From an uncultured delta proteobacterium (GTDB taxonomy: Bacteria; Myxococcota; Myxococcia; SLRQ01), in contig CAVSGM010000003.1 of NCBI GenBank assembly GCA_963727485.1, positions 448,001 through 512,000 of the forward strand: a DNA stretch of 64,000 bases, in the 5' to 3' direction. The position numbers and the translations under genes were made by a program. This document shows positions 19,498 to 31,300 of this stretch, one piece after another (the first letter of the stretch is position 1; each line of letters starts with the position of its first letter). Below the pieces are notes generated by a model. The model ran no database searches and was not told the origin of the DNA. It saw only the letters and a program-made list of their open reading frames with translations.

Positions 19498-21967
19498 ATG
19501 TCCGCTCACGCCAGGTACATCCGCTTCTTCGATGAGATTGGCCTCGACGACCTCCCGCTGGTGGGCGGGAAGAACGCCTCCCTGGGCGAGATGGTCCAGG
19601 CCCTGGTCCCGCGCGGGGTGAAGGTCCCGGGCGGCTTCGCCACCACCGCCGACGCCTGGCGCGCCTTCCTCGCGGCGAACGACCTGGTGCCGCGGCTCCG
19701 CGACGCCCTCGCCGGCCTCGACCCGGACGACACCGACGACCTCGCCCGGCGCGGCGCCCGGTGCCGGGAGCTGGTCTACGAGGCGCCGCTCCCTGGCGAC
19801 CTCTCCCGGGAGATCCACGAAGCCTACGCCCAGCTCAAGGCCGAGTACGGCGAGCGGCTCACGGTGGCGGTGCGCTCGAGCGCCACCGCCGAGGACCTCC
19901 CCGACGTGAGCTTCGCCGGGGCCCACGAGAGCTTCCTCCACGTCCACGGCGAGGGGCCGCTCCTCGACGCGGTCCGCCGCTGCTACGCCAGCCTCTTCAC
20001 CGACCGGGCCATCAGCTACCGCATCCACAACGGCTTCGACCACTTCCAGGTGGCCCTCTCGGTGGGCATCCAGAAGATGGTGCGCTCGGACCTCGCCTCG
20101 AGCGGGGTCATCTTCACCCTCGACACCGAGAGTGGCTTCCGGGACGTGGTCTTCCTCACCGGGAGCTGGGGCCTGGGGGAGAACATCGTCCAGGGCGCGG
20201 TGGATCCCGACGAGTTCTACGTGTTCAAGCCCACCTTCGAGGCGGGGCACCGGGCGGTGCTGCGGCGGAGCCTCGGTTCCAAGAAGGTGAAGATGGTCTA
20301 CGCCGAGCGCGGGGCCGCCGGCGGCACCCGCAACGTGCCGGTGCCCCACGCGGACCAGACGCGCTTCTGCCTCTCCGATGAGGAGGTGCTGAAGCTCACC
20401 GACTACGCCCTCGAGGTGGAGAAGCATTACTCGAAGCGCGCCGGGAAGGACCGCCCCATGGACCTGGAGTGGGCCAAGGACGGCGTCGACGGCGAGCTCT
20501 ACCTGGTGCAGGCGCGGCCGGAGACGGTGATCTCCCAGCGCACCGGGATGGTGCTGGAGCGCTACCGCCTGGACGGCACCGGTGAGGTGCTCACCACCGG
20601 CCGGGCGGTGGGCGAGAAGATCGCCAGCGGCCCGGTGCGGGTGGCCTTGAGCCTCGACGGCCTCGCCGACTTCAAGACCGGCGAGGTCCTGGTCACCGAC
20701 ACCACCACCCCCGACTGGGAGCCGGTGATGAAGCGGGCGGCCGCCATCGTCACCAACCGGGGCGGGCGCACCTGCCACGCGGCGATCGTCGCCCGGGAGC
20801 TGGGGGTCCCGGCGGTGGTCGGCGCCGAGGACGCCACCCGCAGGCTGGAGCACAAGCGGGCGGTGACGGTGAGCTGTGCCGAGGGGGACGAGGGGCGCGT
20901 CTACCAGGGCGAGGTGCCCTTCTCGGTGGACCGCACCGACCTCTCGGGGATCGAGATGCCGAGGACCAAGGTGATGGTGAACCTCGGCAACCCCGACCTC
21001 GCCTTCAAGGTGGGCCAGCTCCCCAGCGACGGGGTGGGCCTGGCGCGGATGGAGTTCATCATCTCCGAGCACATCAAGATCCATCCCATGGCGCTGGTGC
21101 ACCCGGAGCGTGTGGAGGACGAGCTGGAGAAGCTGGAGATCCAGCGGCTCACCGCCGGCTACGACGACCCCACCGAGTACTTCGTGGAGCGCCTCGCCGA
21201 GGGGGTGGGCACCATCGCCGCCGCCTTCCACCCCCGGCCGGTGGTGGTGCGCATGAGCGACTTCAAGACCAACGAGTACGCGAGCCTCCTGGGCGGCGCG
21301 GCCTTCGAGCCCGCCGAGTCGAACCCGATGATCGGCTTCCGGGGCGCCTCGCGCTACACCCACCCCGCCTACGCCGAGGGCTTCGCCATGGAGTGCGCGG
21401 CGATGAAGCGGGTGCGCGAGGACATGGGGTTGACCAACGTGCACCTGATGATCCCCTTCTGCCGCCGGGTGGAGGAGGGGGCCCGGGTGGTCGAGCACAT
21501 GGCGGAGCTGGGGCTCGAGCGGGGGAAGGACGACCTCGCAGATCTACGTGATGTGCGAGATCCCCAACAACGTGATCCAGCTCGACGCCTTCGCCGAGCA
21601 CTTCGACGGGTTCTCCATCGGCTCCAACGACCTCACCCAGCTCACCCTGGGCGTCGATCGCGACTCGGCGCTGGTGGCCTTCGACTACGACGAGCGGGAC
21701 CCGGGGGTGATGGAGATGATCCGCCTCGCGGTCGAGGGGTGCCAGCGCACTGGGCGCCACTCGGGATTCTGCGGCCAGGCGCCGTCCGACTACCCGGAGA
21801 TGGCGGCGTATCTCGTGGAGCTGGGCATCGACTCCATGAGCGTCACCCCGGACACCCTGGTCCAGACCCTGGTCCACGTGGGCGAGGTGGAGAAGCGCCT
21901 GGGGCGGGCGAAGGCGGCGGCGCGCAAGCCGCCGCGCGGGGAGCCTGGGCGGGCGGAGGCGCGGTGA
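19498..21967 (+). CDS. ppsA: Phosphoenolpyruvate synthase (frameshift near 21538)
   Basis: VGGKNASLGEM, AVRSSATAEDLP, GGRTCHAAI, SDFKTNEY; continues as MCEIPNN...FSIGSNDLTQL in the next frame. Confidence 0.95.
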
Positions 21968-22041
21968 CCCTGCGGGGGCGAACCTTGCCGATTGGTCATC
22001 TTTCTCAACCTGGCGCCGGTGCCTCTGTTAGCGTCCGGCCC

Positions 22042-22989
22042 ATGGCGACGATCACCGAAGAGACGCTCGGCGACCGCACCGCGTACACCCTGGCGGTCCC
22101 CGAGGCCCGGCTCGAGGCGCAGGTGGTGCCCTCGTTGGCGATGGTGGTGCCGGCCCTGCGGCATCGCGGGGAGGACCTCCTCGACGCGCGCGACGGCCTC
22201 TCGGCCTACGCCGAGCGCGGGGCGACCCTGGGCGTGCCCCTGCTCTTCCCCTGGGCCAACCGCCTGGGCGGGATGCGTTACCGGGCCGGGGGCGCGGCGG
22301 TGGAGCTGCCCGCCGGCTCGCCGCTGCTGCACCTCGACGGCCACGGGCTGCCGATCCATGGCGCCGGACCCCGGTTCCTGCCCTTCACCGTCGCCGGCAC
22401 CGAGGCCACGGCGGAGGGGGCGTCGGTGCGCGGGGTCTTCGAGAGCGCCTTGCACCCGGAGGTCCACGCCCTCTACCCCTTCGACTACCGGCTCACGGTG
22501 ACGGTGGGCCTCGACGCCCGGGGGCTCTCGGTGGACGCGGTCCTCGAGGCCAAAGGCGACGACCCGGTGCCGGTGAGCTTCGGCTGGCACCCCTACCTCA
22601 CGGTCCCCGGGGCGCCCCGGGAGACCTGGCGCATCGAGATCCCCGCGGGGCGCCACCTCCAGCTCGACGGACGCATGATCCCCACCGGGCTGATGGACCC
22701 CGCGGGCGACCTCGACGGGGCCCTCGGCGACCGGACCTTCGACGATGGGTACACGGCGCTGGTGGCCGGGCGGCCGTTCGCGGTGGCCGGGGGCGGGCGG
22801 CGCCTGGAGGTCCGCTTCGAGGCCGGGTGCCCCTTCGCCCAGGTCTACGCCCCCGAGGCCTCGCGGTTCATCTGCTTCGAGCCGATGACGGCACCCACGG
22901 GCGCCCTGGACAGCGCCTGGGCCCTGCCGATGGTGGCGCCCGGTGAGCGGTACCAGGCCGCCTTCCGGGTCGACGTCTCCGAGACCTGA
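22042..22989 (+). CDS. Aldose 1-epimerase family protein
   Basis: LFPWANRL, IHG, FGWHPY, FDDGY and CFEPMT motifs; own ATG at 22042. Confidence 0.85.
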   Translation: MATITEETLGDRTAYTLAVPEARLEAQVVPSLAMVVPALRHRGEDLLDARDGLSAYAERGATLGVPLLFPWANRLGGMRYRAGGAAVELPAGSPLLHLDGHGLPIHGAGPRFLPFTVAGTEATAEGASVRGVFESALHPEVHALYPFDYRLTVTVGLDARGLSVDAVLEAKGDDPVPVSFGWHPYLTVPGAPRETWRIEIPAGRHLQLDGRMIPTGLMDPAGDLDGALGDRTFDDGYTALVAGRPFAVAGGGRRLEVRFEAGCPFAQVYAPEASRFICFEPMTAPTGALDSAWALPMVAPGERYQAAFRVDVSET

Positions 22990-23033
22990 CGCCGGGCTGG
23001 CGAAGCGGCGCGCGCCGCCTATGCTACCGCCCC

Positions 23034-24017
23034 ATGAACACACGCGAGCTGGGTCGGACGGGCATCGAGATCTCACCCCTGGGCCTGGGGTGCTGGCAGT
23101 TCTCCGAGGGCAAGGGGCTGGTGGGCGGCTTCTGGCCGGCGCTCCCGCCCGACGTGGTGCAAGGCATCGTGCACACCTCGCTTGCGGGCGGGATCACCTG
23201 GTTCGACACCGCCGAGGCCTACGGCGGCGGCAAGTCGGAGGCGGCGCTGGCCCGGGCCCTGAAGGCCGAGGGCAAGGCGCCCGGCTCGGTGGTGGTCGCG
23301 ACCAAGTGGATGCCCTTCGGGCGCACGGCCGGGAACATCGGCAAGACCATCGGCGACCGGCTCCGGTACCTCGACGGCTACCCCATCGACCTCTACCAGG
23401 TGCACCAGGCGATGGGGGCGCTCGCCACCCACGCCGCGGAGATGGACGCCATGGCCGACCTGGTCGAGGCCGCCAAGGTGAAGAGCGTGGGCATCAGCAA
23501 CTTCAACGCCAGCCAGATGCGCACCTGCCACGAGGCGCTGGCGAAGCGGGGGCTGCCGCTGGCGTCGAACCAGATGAAGTACAGCCTCCTCGACCGGCGC
23601 ATCGAGGGCAACGGGGTGATGGACGCGGCCAAGGAGCTGGGGGTGACCATCATCGCCTACTCGCCGCTGGCCCAGGGGCTCCTGTCGGGGAAGTTCCACG
23701 ACGACCCGTCGCTCATCAAGAACCGGCCCGGGCCGCGCAAGTGGATGCCGGCGTTCCGGGACAGCGGGCTCGAGCGCAGCAAGCCGGTGGTCGAGGTGGT
23801 GCGGCGCATCGCCGAGAGGCACGGGGTCACGCCGTCGCAGGTGGCGCTGAACTGGCTGGTGACCTTCCACGGGGACACGGTGGTGGCAATCCCGGGGGCG
23901 TCGAAGGTGAAGCACGCCGAGGAGAACGTGGGGGCGCTCTCGTTCCAGCTCTCCGACGCCGAGCTCGCCGAGATCGACGAGGTGAGCCGCCCGTTCATCG
24001 AGAAGGCCGGGGGCTGA
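23034..24017 (+). CDS. Aldo/keto reductase
   Basis: LGLGCWQ, FDTAEAYG, IDLYQVH, VGISNF, AYSPLAQG. Confidence 0.93.
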   Translation: MNTRELGRTGIEISPLGLGCWQFSEGKGLVGGFWPALPPDVVQGIVHTSLAGGITWFDTAEAYGGGKSEAALARALKAEGKAPGSVVVATKWMPFGRTAGNIGKTIGDRLRYLDGYPIDLYQVHQAMGALATHAAEMDAMADLVEAAKVKSVGISNFNASQMRTCHEALAKRGLPLASNQMKYSLLDRRIEGNGVMDAAKELGVTIIAYSPLAQGLLSGKFHDDPSLIKNRPGPRKWMPAFRDSGLERSKPVVEVVRRIAERHGVTPSQVALNWLVTFHGDTVVAIPGASKVKHAEENVGALSFQLSDAELAEIDEVSRPFIEKAGG

Positions 24018-24031
24018 TAAGGTCCCGGCCC

Positions 24032-25259
24032 ATGTCCGACACCGAAGGGAAGCGCCGGGTCCTGGTCACGGTCACCGGCCGCGACGTCCACGGCATCACC
24101 GCCTCGCTCACCGGCGCCATCGACGAGTCCCACGCCGAGCTCCTCGACCTGGAGCAGGTGGTGGTCCAGGGCCAGCTCACCCTCTGCCTGCTCTTGGAGC
24201 TCGACCCCTCGTCCAAGGCCGGCGAGCCGGTGCTCAAGGACCTCCTGTTCACCGCCAACGCCCGGGGCCTGGACATGCGCTTCGAGGTCCTCGACGGCGA
24301 CGCGCCCCTGGACCCGCCGGGCGAGCGCTTCGCGGTGACGCTGCTTGGGCAACCCGCTGGGCGCCAGCGGGCTCCACCGGGTGGCCGACGTCCTGGCGGC
24401 GCACCAGGCGAACATCGAGCACATCCGCCGCCTCTCCGAGGACCGGCTGACGTCGCTCGAGATCCAGGTGGCGCTGCCGGTGGGGGCCACCGAGTCCTCG
24501 CTCCTCCGGGCGGCGCTCCTGGAGGCGGCGAGCGGGCGGGGCATCGACATCGCGGTGCAGCCCGAGACCCTCACCCGGCGCAGCAAGCGCCTGGTGGTCA
24601 TGGACATGGACTCGACCCTCATCCAGATCGAGGTCATCGACGAGCTGGCGCGCCTCCACGGGGTGGCCGACGAGGTGGCGGCGGTGACGCGCCGGGCGAT
24701 GGCCGGTGAGCTGGACTTCGAGGAGAGCCTCCGGGCGCGGGTGGCCAAGCTCGAGGGCCTGGAGTGGGAGAAGTGCCTGAAGCTCGCCGAGCACCTGCCT
24801 CTGACCGACGGCGCCCGGGAGATGCTGGCGGTGCTCCGGCGCCTCGGGTTCAAGACCGGGGTCATCAGCGGCGGGTTCACCTTCGGCGCCAACGCGCTGA
24901 AGCGCGAGCTGGGCCTGGACTACGCCTACGCCAACGAGCTCGAGGTGCGCGACGGGAAGCTCACGGGCAAGGTGCTCGGGTCCATCGTGGGGGCGCAGCG
25001 CAAGGCGGACCTCCTGGAGGCGGTGGCGCAGCAGGAGGGGATCCCGCTCGACCAGACCATCGCCATCGGCGACGGGGCCAACGACCTGCCGATGCTGGAG
25101 CGGGCGGGGCTGGGGATCGCCTACCGGGCCAAGCCCAAGGTGCGGGCGAGCGCGGACACGGCGGTGAGCGCCGGGGGGCTCGACCGGATCCTCTACCTGC
25201 TGGGGCTGCACGGGCGGGACGTGCGGCGGCTGCTGGATCAGGAGCGGGGCGTGGGCTAG
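24032..25259 (+). CDS. serB: Phosphoserine phosphatase with N-terminal ACT domains (frameshift near 24345)
   Basis: VTVTGRD ACT start; DMDSTL, SGGF and GDGANDL HAD motifs. Confidence 0.92.
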
Positions 25260-25355
25260 GTTCCGGGCCCGAGGTGTGGGTCCTTAGGTTCCTTTACGCC
25301 TACAGGGGGTTATCGCCTACTCTACCGACTGGACCGATCGGCAGAGAGGACGGCG

Positions 25356-28300
25356 ATGACGGGAGGACGGCGCTGGCTCGAGGCGGTGGTGGTGGTGTGC
25401 GCGGCGCTGGCGGCGACCCCCGCCTCGGCCCAGACGGCAACCCAGCGCGGGCTCGACTGGCTGCTGGCGCAGCAGGGGCCGGACGGGAGCTTTGGCGCGT
25501 CGACCGGCGAGAACCCGGTGCTGGCGACGTCGGAGGCGGTCCTGGCGTTGCGGGCCGAGGGGATGGGCGCGAGCGAGCAGGTGCAGGCGGCGGAGCTGTG
25601 GCTGTCGTTTCAGCATCCGGCTGACACGGACCTGGAAGCGCGGCGGTTGTGGGCGCTGCGAGACGGGCCGCTCCTTGACGAGGCGGGGATGGAGGCCCTG
25701 GCGGCCCGGGTCCTGGCGGACGGTCCAACGGGGCCCGATGCCGGGATGCGCACCGGCTGGGTGCCAACGCCGGACGTGCTGTCCCTGGCGCTCCTGGCCC
25801 TGGTTCCGGCCGATGGCTCGCGCGTGTCGTTGCCGTGGCTCCCCGCCGGCGGAGCGGGCGGGGGACCTGAGGCGTTTCAGGATCCAGGGCTCGTCCTCCT
25901 GAACATGGGACGCACCGACGGGTTCGGCCTCGTGGACTCGGCGAGCGATCCCTCGACCACCGGGATGGTCGGGGAGGCGCTCCGGCCCTTTCGCAGAATC
26001 CCTGGTTCCCTGGCCGGATCGATCTCGCGATCAGCGCCGGCGTATTGGCCAAGCAGCAGCCGTCGGGAGAGATCGGCGACGGCGCGCAGCCGGTCCTCGA
26101 CACCGCTCACGGGCTCCTCGCTCTCGCGGGCCTCGATGCCTCACGGTTCACGCAGAGCATTTCCACCGCAGGTGCCCGCGCCGACGGTTTCCTCGAAGGC
26201 GCACAGCGAAACGACGGAAGCTGGGGCGGGGGCGCATACGAGACGGCACTGGTGCTGCGTGCCCTGGGTTCACGGCTCCCCGACTACCGGGCCCCGACGG
26301 ACGAGCTGGGGCAGACCCACATCGCCCTGACCCCGTCAGCGCCCCTCGCCGGGCAGCAGGTGGTCGCCCGCGTCGAGGTGCAGGAGGCATCGACGACGTC
26401 CTCGCCCCCGACGACCGTCCGTCTGGTGGCTACGCCAGCGAATGGCGGCTCCCCCCTCACGCTCGCCGAGGTCCCCCTGGCGGCCCTGGCCGGGGGCACG
26501 AGCACGTATGTGGCGATGCCGTTCACGACCGCCGGGCTCTCGGGTGACTATCGGCTGGCTGCGACGTGCGATCCCGACCACCGGGTGCCGGAGATTCTGG
26601 AGACGAACAACGTCACCACAGGGGAGCTGCATGTCGTGAACACGGTGGATTCGGCGATTCCATCGTCGGATATCCACTTCGCTGACGGCGGCGCAGGTAG
26701 CGTACGGGTGGATGCGACGGTGCACGCCCTTGGGCAAGCCGTCACCACGCCGTTCGACGTGGCATTCTACATGGGCAGCCCGGGGAGCGGTGGCGCGCTC
26801 CTGGGCCGGGTTGCGCTCGCCTCGGTCGCCGCCGGAGGGTCCACCATTGCGTCGGTTACCTGGGACACGTCACACGTGGGCGGACCAACATCCGTGTACG
26901 CGGTCGTGGACCCCGGGCACGCGGTGACGGAGGCCACGACCGCAGACAACCAGGCGTTCCGGATCTACTTCCCAGGCTTGGAGAAGCAGGTGAGCCTGGC
27001 CGTGTACGACACGGACATCGTCCAGACGCCGAGACCGGCGTTCCCGGGAGACACGGTTGGCATCGATGTCCCCGTGCACAATCTCGCATCCAATGACGCC
27101 CAGCGGGTCCAGGTGGCGTTGGAGACGCCCGCGGGGATGCCCTACTCCGAGCTGGAGCTGGACCGCATCCCCGCCGGCGGGGTCGTGCACGCACACTTCA
27201 GCCTTCCGCTCGAGAACAGGACCGATGTGGTGGCGGTGGTGGACCCCGATGGCCTCCAGAATGACGCGACACGGTCCGACAATCGCGCCGCCTACTCGCT
27301 GCTGGTGAGTGATCAGGCTCATCCCATCGACGTCCGGGTCCAGACCCTGCTCTTTGCCAGCGGTGTCTTTCAAACGCCCCAGACCGTCACGGTCTACGCC
27401 GACGAGGCGGGCACCTCGGCCGTGGACACCAGCGTGGCGCTCTTCCGGGGAGATCCGGTCTTCGGTGGGGCCCAGGAGCTGGCGCGCCAGCCGGTACACA
27501 TCAAGGGGATCAAGAGTGGTGTCGCCGGCTCGGTCCGTCTCTCCTTCCCGGGGATCGTGCTCTCCGACGGTGAGACCCTCACCGCGTGCGTCGATCCCGA
27601 CCACACCCTGGCCGATGCCTTTCCTGACGACAACTGCATGAGCGTGACGGGTTCGACGGGCCGCAGCGACGTCGCCATCGACACTCGCGGCATCCAGATC
27701 AATCCAGTGGGTCCAGACGTCGGCGAGCCGATGACCGTGACGGCCGCCGTGCGAGAGCTCAGCGGGCATGACGCCTCGGGGGTCGCGAGGGTGTGGCAGG
27801 GGCGCCCCGGGTTCGAGGGCTCTCGGATCCTGGGGCAGAGGAAGTTCCACGTACCGGGCGGAGGCAAGACGACCCTCTCGTGGCGCCTCCTCCGGCCAAA
27901 GGGTGACTCGAACCTCTGGGTCGCGCTCACGGATGTGAACCCCGTGGACGCCGGCGAGTATCAGGACCTCGGATCCAACAACTTCGCCGTGCGCAACGTG
28001 TACCTCAAGGCCCTGATCGACACCGGACGCCGGTTCGGTCCGAGCAGGCTCATCTGGGCCACGGGGCCCGTGGTCGGCGACATCCAGGGAACCGGGCGTC
28101 CCGCCGTCGTCTTCGGGGAACACGCAGATGACGGAGTGCACGTAACCGCCATGTCCCTGTCCAAGGACGGCACACAGACGGAGCTGTGGAGCACCATCGT
28201 GGGCCCAGCCACCTACTCGGTCAGGACTCCGGTGCTGGCGGACCTGACGGGAGACGGACACCCGGACGTCCTGGTGGCGACCGCTGGCGTGGGAGGCACC

Positions 28301-31300
28301 TCCGCGACCGATTCTCGAGCTCGTACTCCTCGATGGTACCGGGACGGTCCTGTGGCGGCATTCGCTCACGATGGCCAACGCCGCCGCGCTGGATGCCAAG
28401 CGCCTTCCTGGGATTGCCGACGTGAACGGTGATGGAACGCCAGACGTCGTGATCTTCACTTCCGGAACAATCGTGGCGCTGGATGGTGCGACGGGCAATG
28501 AGCTCTGGAGCCGCAAGGCTGCCTTGCCCGGACTCGCCGTCGAGCCCAGCGGCCAGATGAGCATCGCAGACCTGAACGACAGCGGGAGGCCGGACTTCCT
28601 GGTCTCCACCGGCGGGCAGAACCTCGGTGTAGCGTCCCTGGCAGCCTATGGGAACGACGGGCGTCTGATGTGGTCCGGTACCTATCTCGGAGGACCGACC
28701 TCGGACGCGTTTGCCCTCCTGGACCTGGACCTGAATGGCGGGCCCGACGTTCTGGCCTCGGTCTACGATGGCTGGCTGGCTGCGTACACAGGCACGGACG
28801 GGCAGTCGCTCTGGCGACAGAAGTACCCTGCGACCGGTGCGGGAGTCGCTGCAGGCGACCTGCGCCAGGATGGTCTCACCTATCCGGTGGTGTCCACGCT
28901 GGCCAGGCCCGAGACTGCAGCCTTCCGGCCTGACTCTGGCTACCTGTGGCTAACGCAGCTGTCTTCGAGGGTCATCTCATTCAACGGTCAGCAATCGTCG
29001 CTGGCGGATCTCCTCGGGCTGGGCAGGCCCCAGGTCATCGCCGAATCTCTAGGCAGGACTTTCAATCTCCTCGACGGCCGCAATGGAAGGGTCCTGATCT
29101 CGACTGGCGACGTACGTGACGGCAACTACCATATTCCTCCAGTCATCGCCGACGTCGATGGTAACGGCCACGGCGACATCCTCGAGGCAGACGGAACCGT
29201 TGGCTCCTGGACGGGCTTCGACCCCTCAAACGACAACCGGTTCAGTCCTGCGGCGGTGGACGTCTTCTCCAGCGTTCACTGGAAGAAGATGCCAACCGTG
29301 TGGAACCGCGCCTTCTACGTGAAAGGCGAGGTCGACGAGCACCTGCACTTCCTCGGGGACTACCAGCCGTGGAAGACGCACAACACGTGGTTGGACCAGT
29401 TCTCGGGGAGCTCGCCGGCGAAGCTGCTGGCCGACCTGACGGTCGGGACCAAGGACATCGTGCTGGCGCCGGTGCAGCCGGCGGCGGGCGACACGGCGCA
29501 GGTGCAGGTGACGGTGCACAACGTGGGCGGGCTGCCGGCGTCCAACGTGGGCGTCGAGGTCTGGGACGGGGATCCCAAGGACGGCGGTCGCAAGATCGGG
29601 ACGGCAACGGCCGCGGGGCCGCTCCCGGTGCGGGGCGGCTCGGCGACGGTGTCGGTGCCCTGGACCGCGTACCCCGAGGGCGAGCATCACCTCTACGCGG
29701 TGGTCAACCCGGCGCACACCATCGAGGAGTCGGGGTACGAGAACAACGAGGCCCACGGGATCGAGCTGGTGGCGCCGGGGACGAACCTGGCGGACCTGGC
29801 GGTGACGGGGGCGGAAATGGCGGTGTCGCCGCCGGCGCCGGTGGCGGGGAACGCGACGACGATCTCCACCGCGGTGAGCAACAAGGGGGTCCGGGTGTCG
29901 GGGCCGTTCACGGTGGCGTGGTACGACGGGGTGCCGCGGCCGGGGCTGGCGCCCTTGGCGATGGCGCCGGCGCCGAGTCTCGCGGCGGGGAGCGCCGAGG
30001 TGGTGACGGCGCCGGTGGTGCTGGGGCCAGGGGGGCACGAGCTCTACGTGGTCGCCGACCCGGAGCAGGTGACGCCGGACGCCGACCGGTCGAACAACGT
30101 GGCGTGGCTGCCGGTGACGGTGCAGGTGCCGGCGGAGCCGGAGCTGACGGTGGCGGTGACCGCGGCACCGGCGACGGTGGTCGAGGGTCGGACCGCGACC
30201 CTCACGGCCACCGTGGCCAACCTGGGGCAGGCGGTCGCGAGCCCGGTGGTGCGCTTCTACCTCGGGGACCCCAAGGCCGGGGGCCAGGCGCTCGGCGACG
30301 TGCGGATCCGGGGGCTGGTGGGCACGGGGCAGACGGCGACGGCCACGGCGACGCTCGATACCCATGGCCTCGCCGGGTCACGGGCGGTGTACGCGGTGGT
30401 GGACCCGGACAACGTGATTGCCGAGTCCCGCGAGGACGACAACACCGCGACCACCACGGTGACGGTCACGGCGCCGCCGGTGACGCTCACGGTGGCTGCG
30501 GACCGCGCGACCTACGGCGCGAACACGGCGGCGACGCTCTCCGCCACGGTGGCCGAGCACACCGGGACGGCCCGGGACGTGAAGGTCGACGTGCGGATCG
30601 AGCGGCCCGACGGCAGCCTGGTGGCGGTTCCGGGGCAGGGCCTGGACGCGGTGGTGGCGGCGAACGGGACCTGGCCGGTGACGGCGACGTGGGGCACGGG
30701 GACCACGCCGGCGGGGGACTACGTGGTGCACGCGGTGGCGAGCGACGCCACCGGGGTGCTGGCCGAGGCGCGCACGGGCCTGACCATCCTCCCCGACGGG
30801 GGCCTCTTCGCGAGGGTGACGCTGGACAAGACGAGCTACCTGCCCGGGGACACGGCGCTGGTGACGACGCTCTTGCGCGACGACGGGGTGAACGCACCGG
30901 TGGGGCCGTTCACCTCGGTGGTGACGATCACCGGCGGCGGGGTGCGGTGGCAGGCAACCCGCCAGGTGCCGTCGCTCTCGCCGGGCGAGGACCGGACGGC
31001 GCTGGACGCGTACCCGGTGAGCCCGGACCTGGCGCCGGGGACCTATCAGGTGAGCCTGGCGGTCATGGACAGCGCCGGCGCGCCGGTGACCACCGAGGCC
31101 ACGCAGCTGGTGGTCGAGGCCACGACGCCGGCGACGGGGCTGTCGGCGAGCGTGGTGGCGACGCCGTCGCAGCCGGCGCCGGGCATGACGGTGGACGTGG
31201 CGGTGACCTTCACCAACCATGGCAACACCCAGGTCACGGGCGCGCCGGTGACCCTCGCGATCCGGGACGCGCAGACCCTGGCGGTGATCGCGACGGTGAC

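Noticed and set aside
19288..22989. 1,233-aa apparent PpsA-aldose epimerase fusion
   Set aside because: Caused by the indel near 21538; the PpsA C-terminus is in another frame and the epimerase has its own ATG at 22042.
25356..26280. Squalene-hopene cyclase enzyme
   Set aside because: Only QxxDGSW-like structural repeats are present, with no DxDD catalytic motif; the region has a signal peptide and is fused to CARDB domains.
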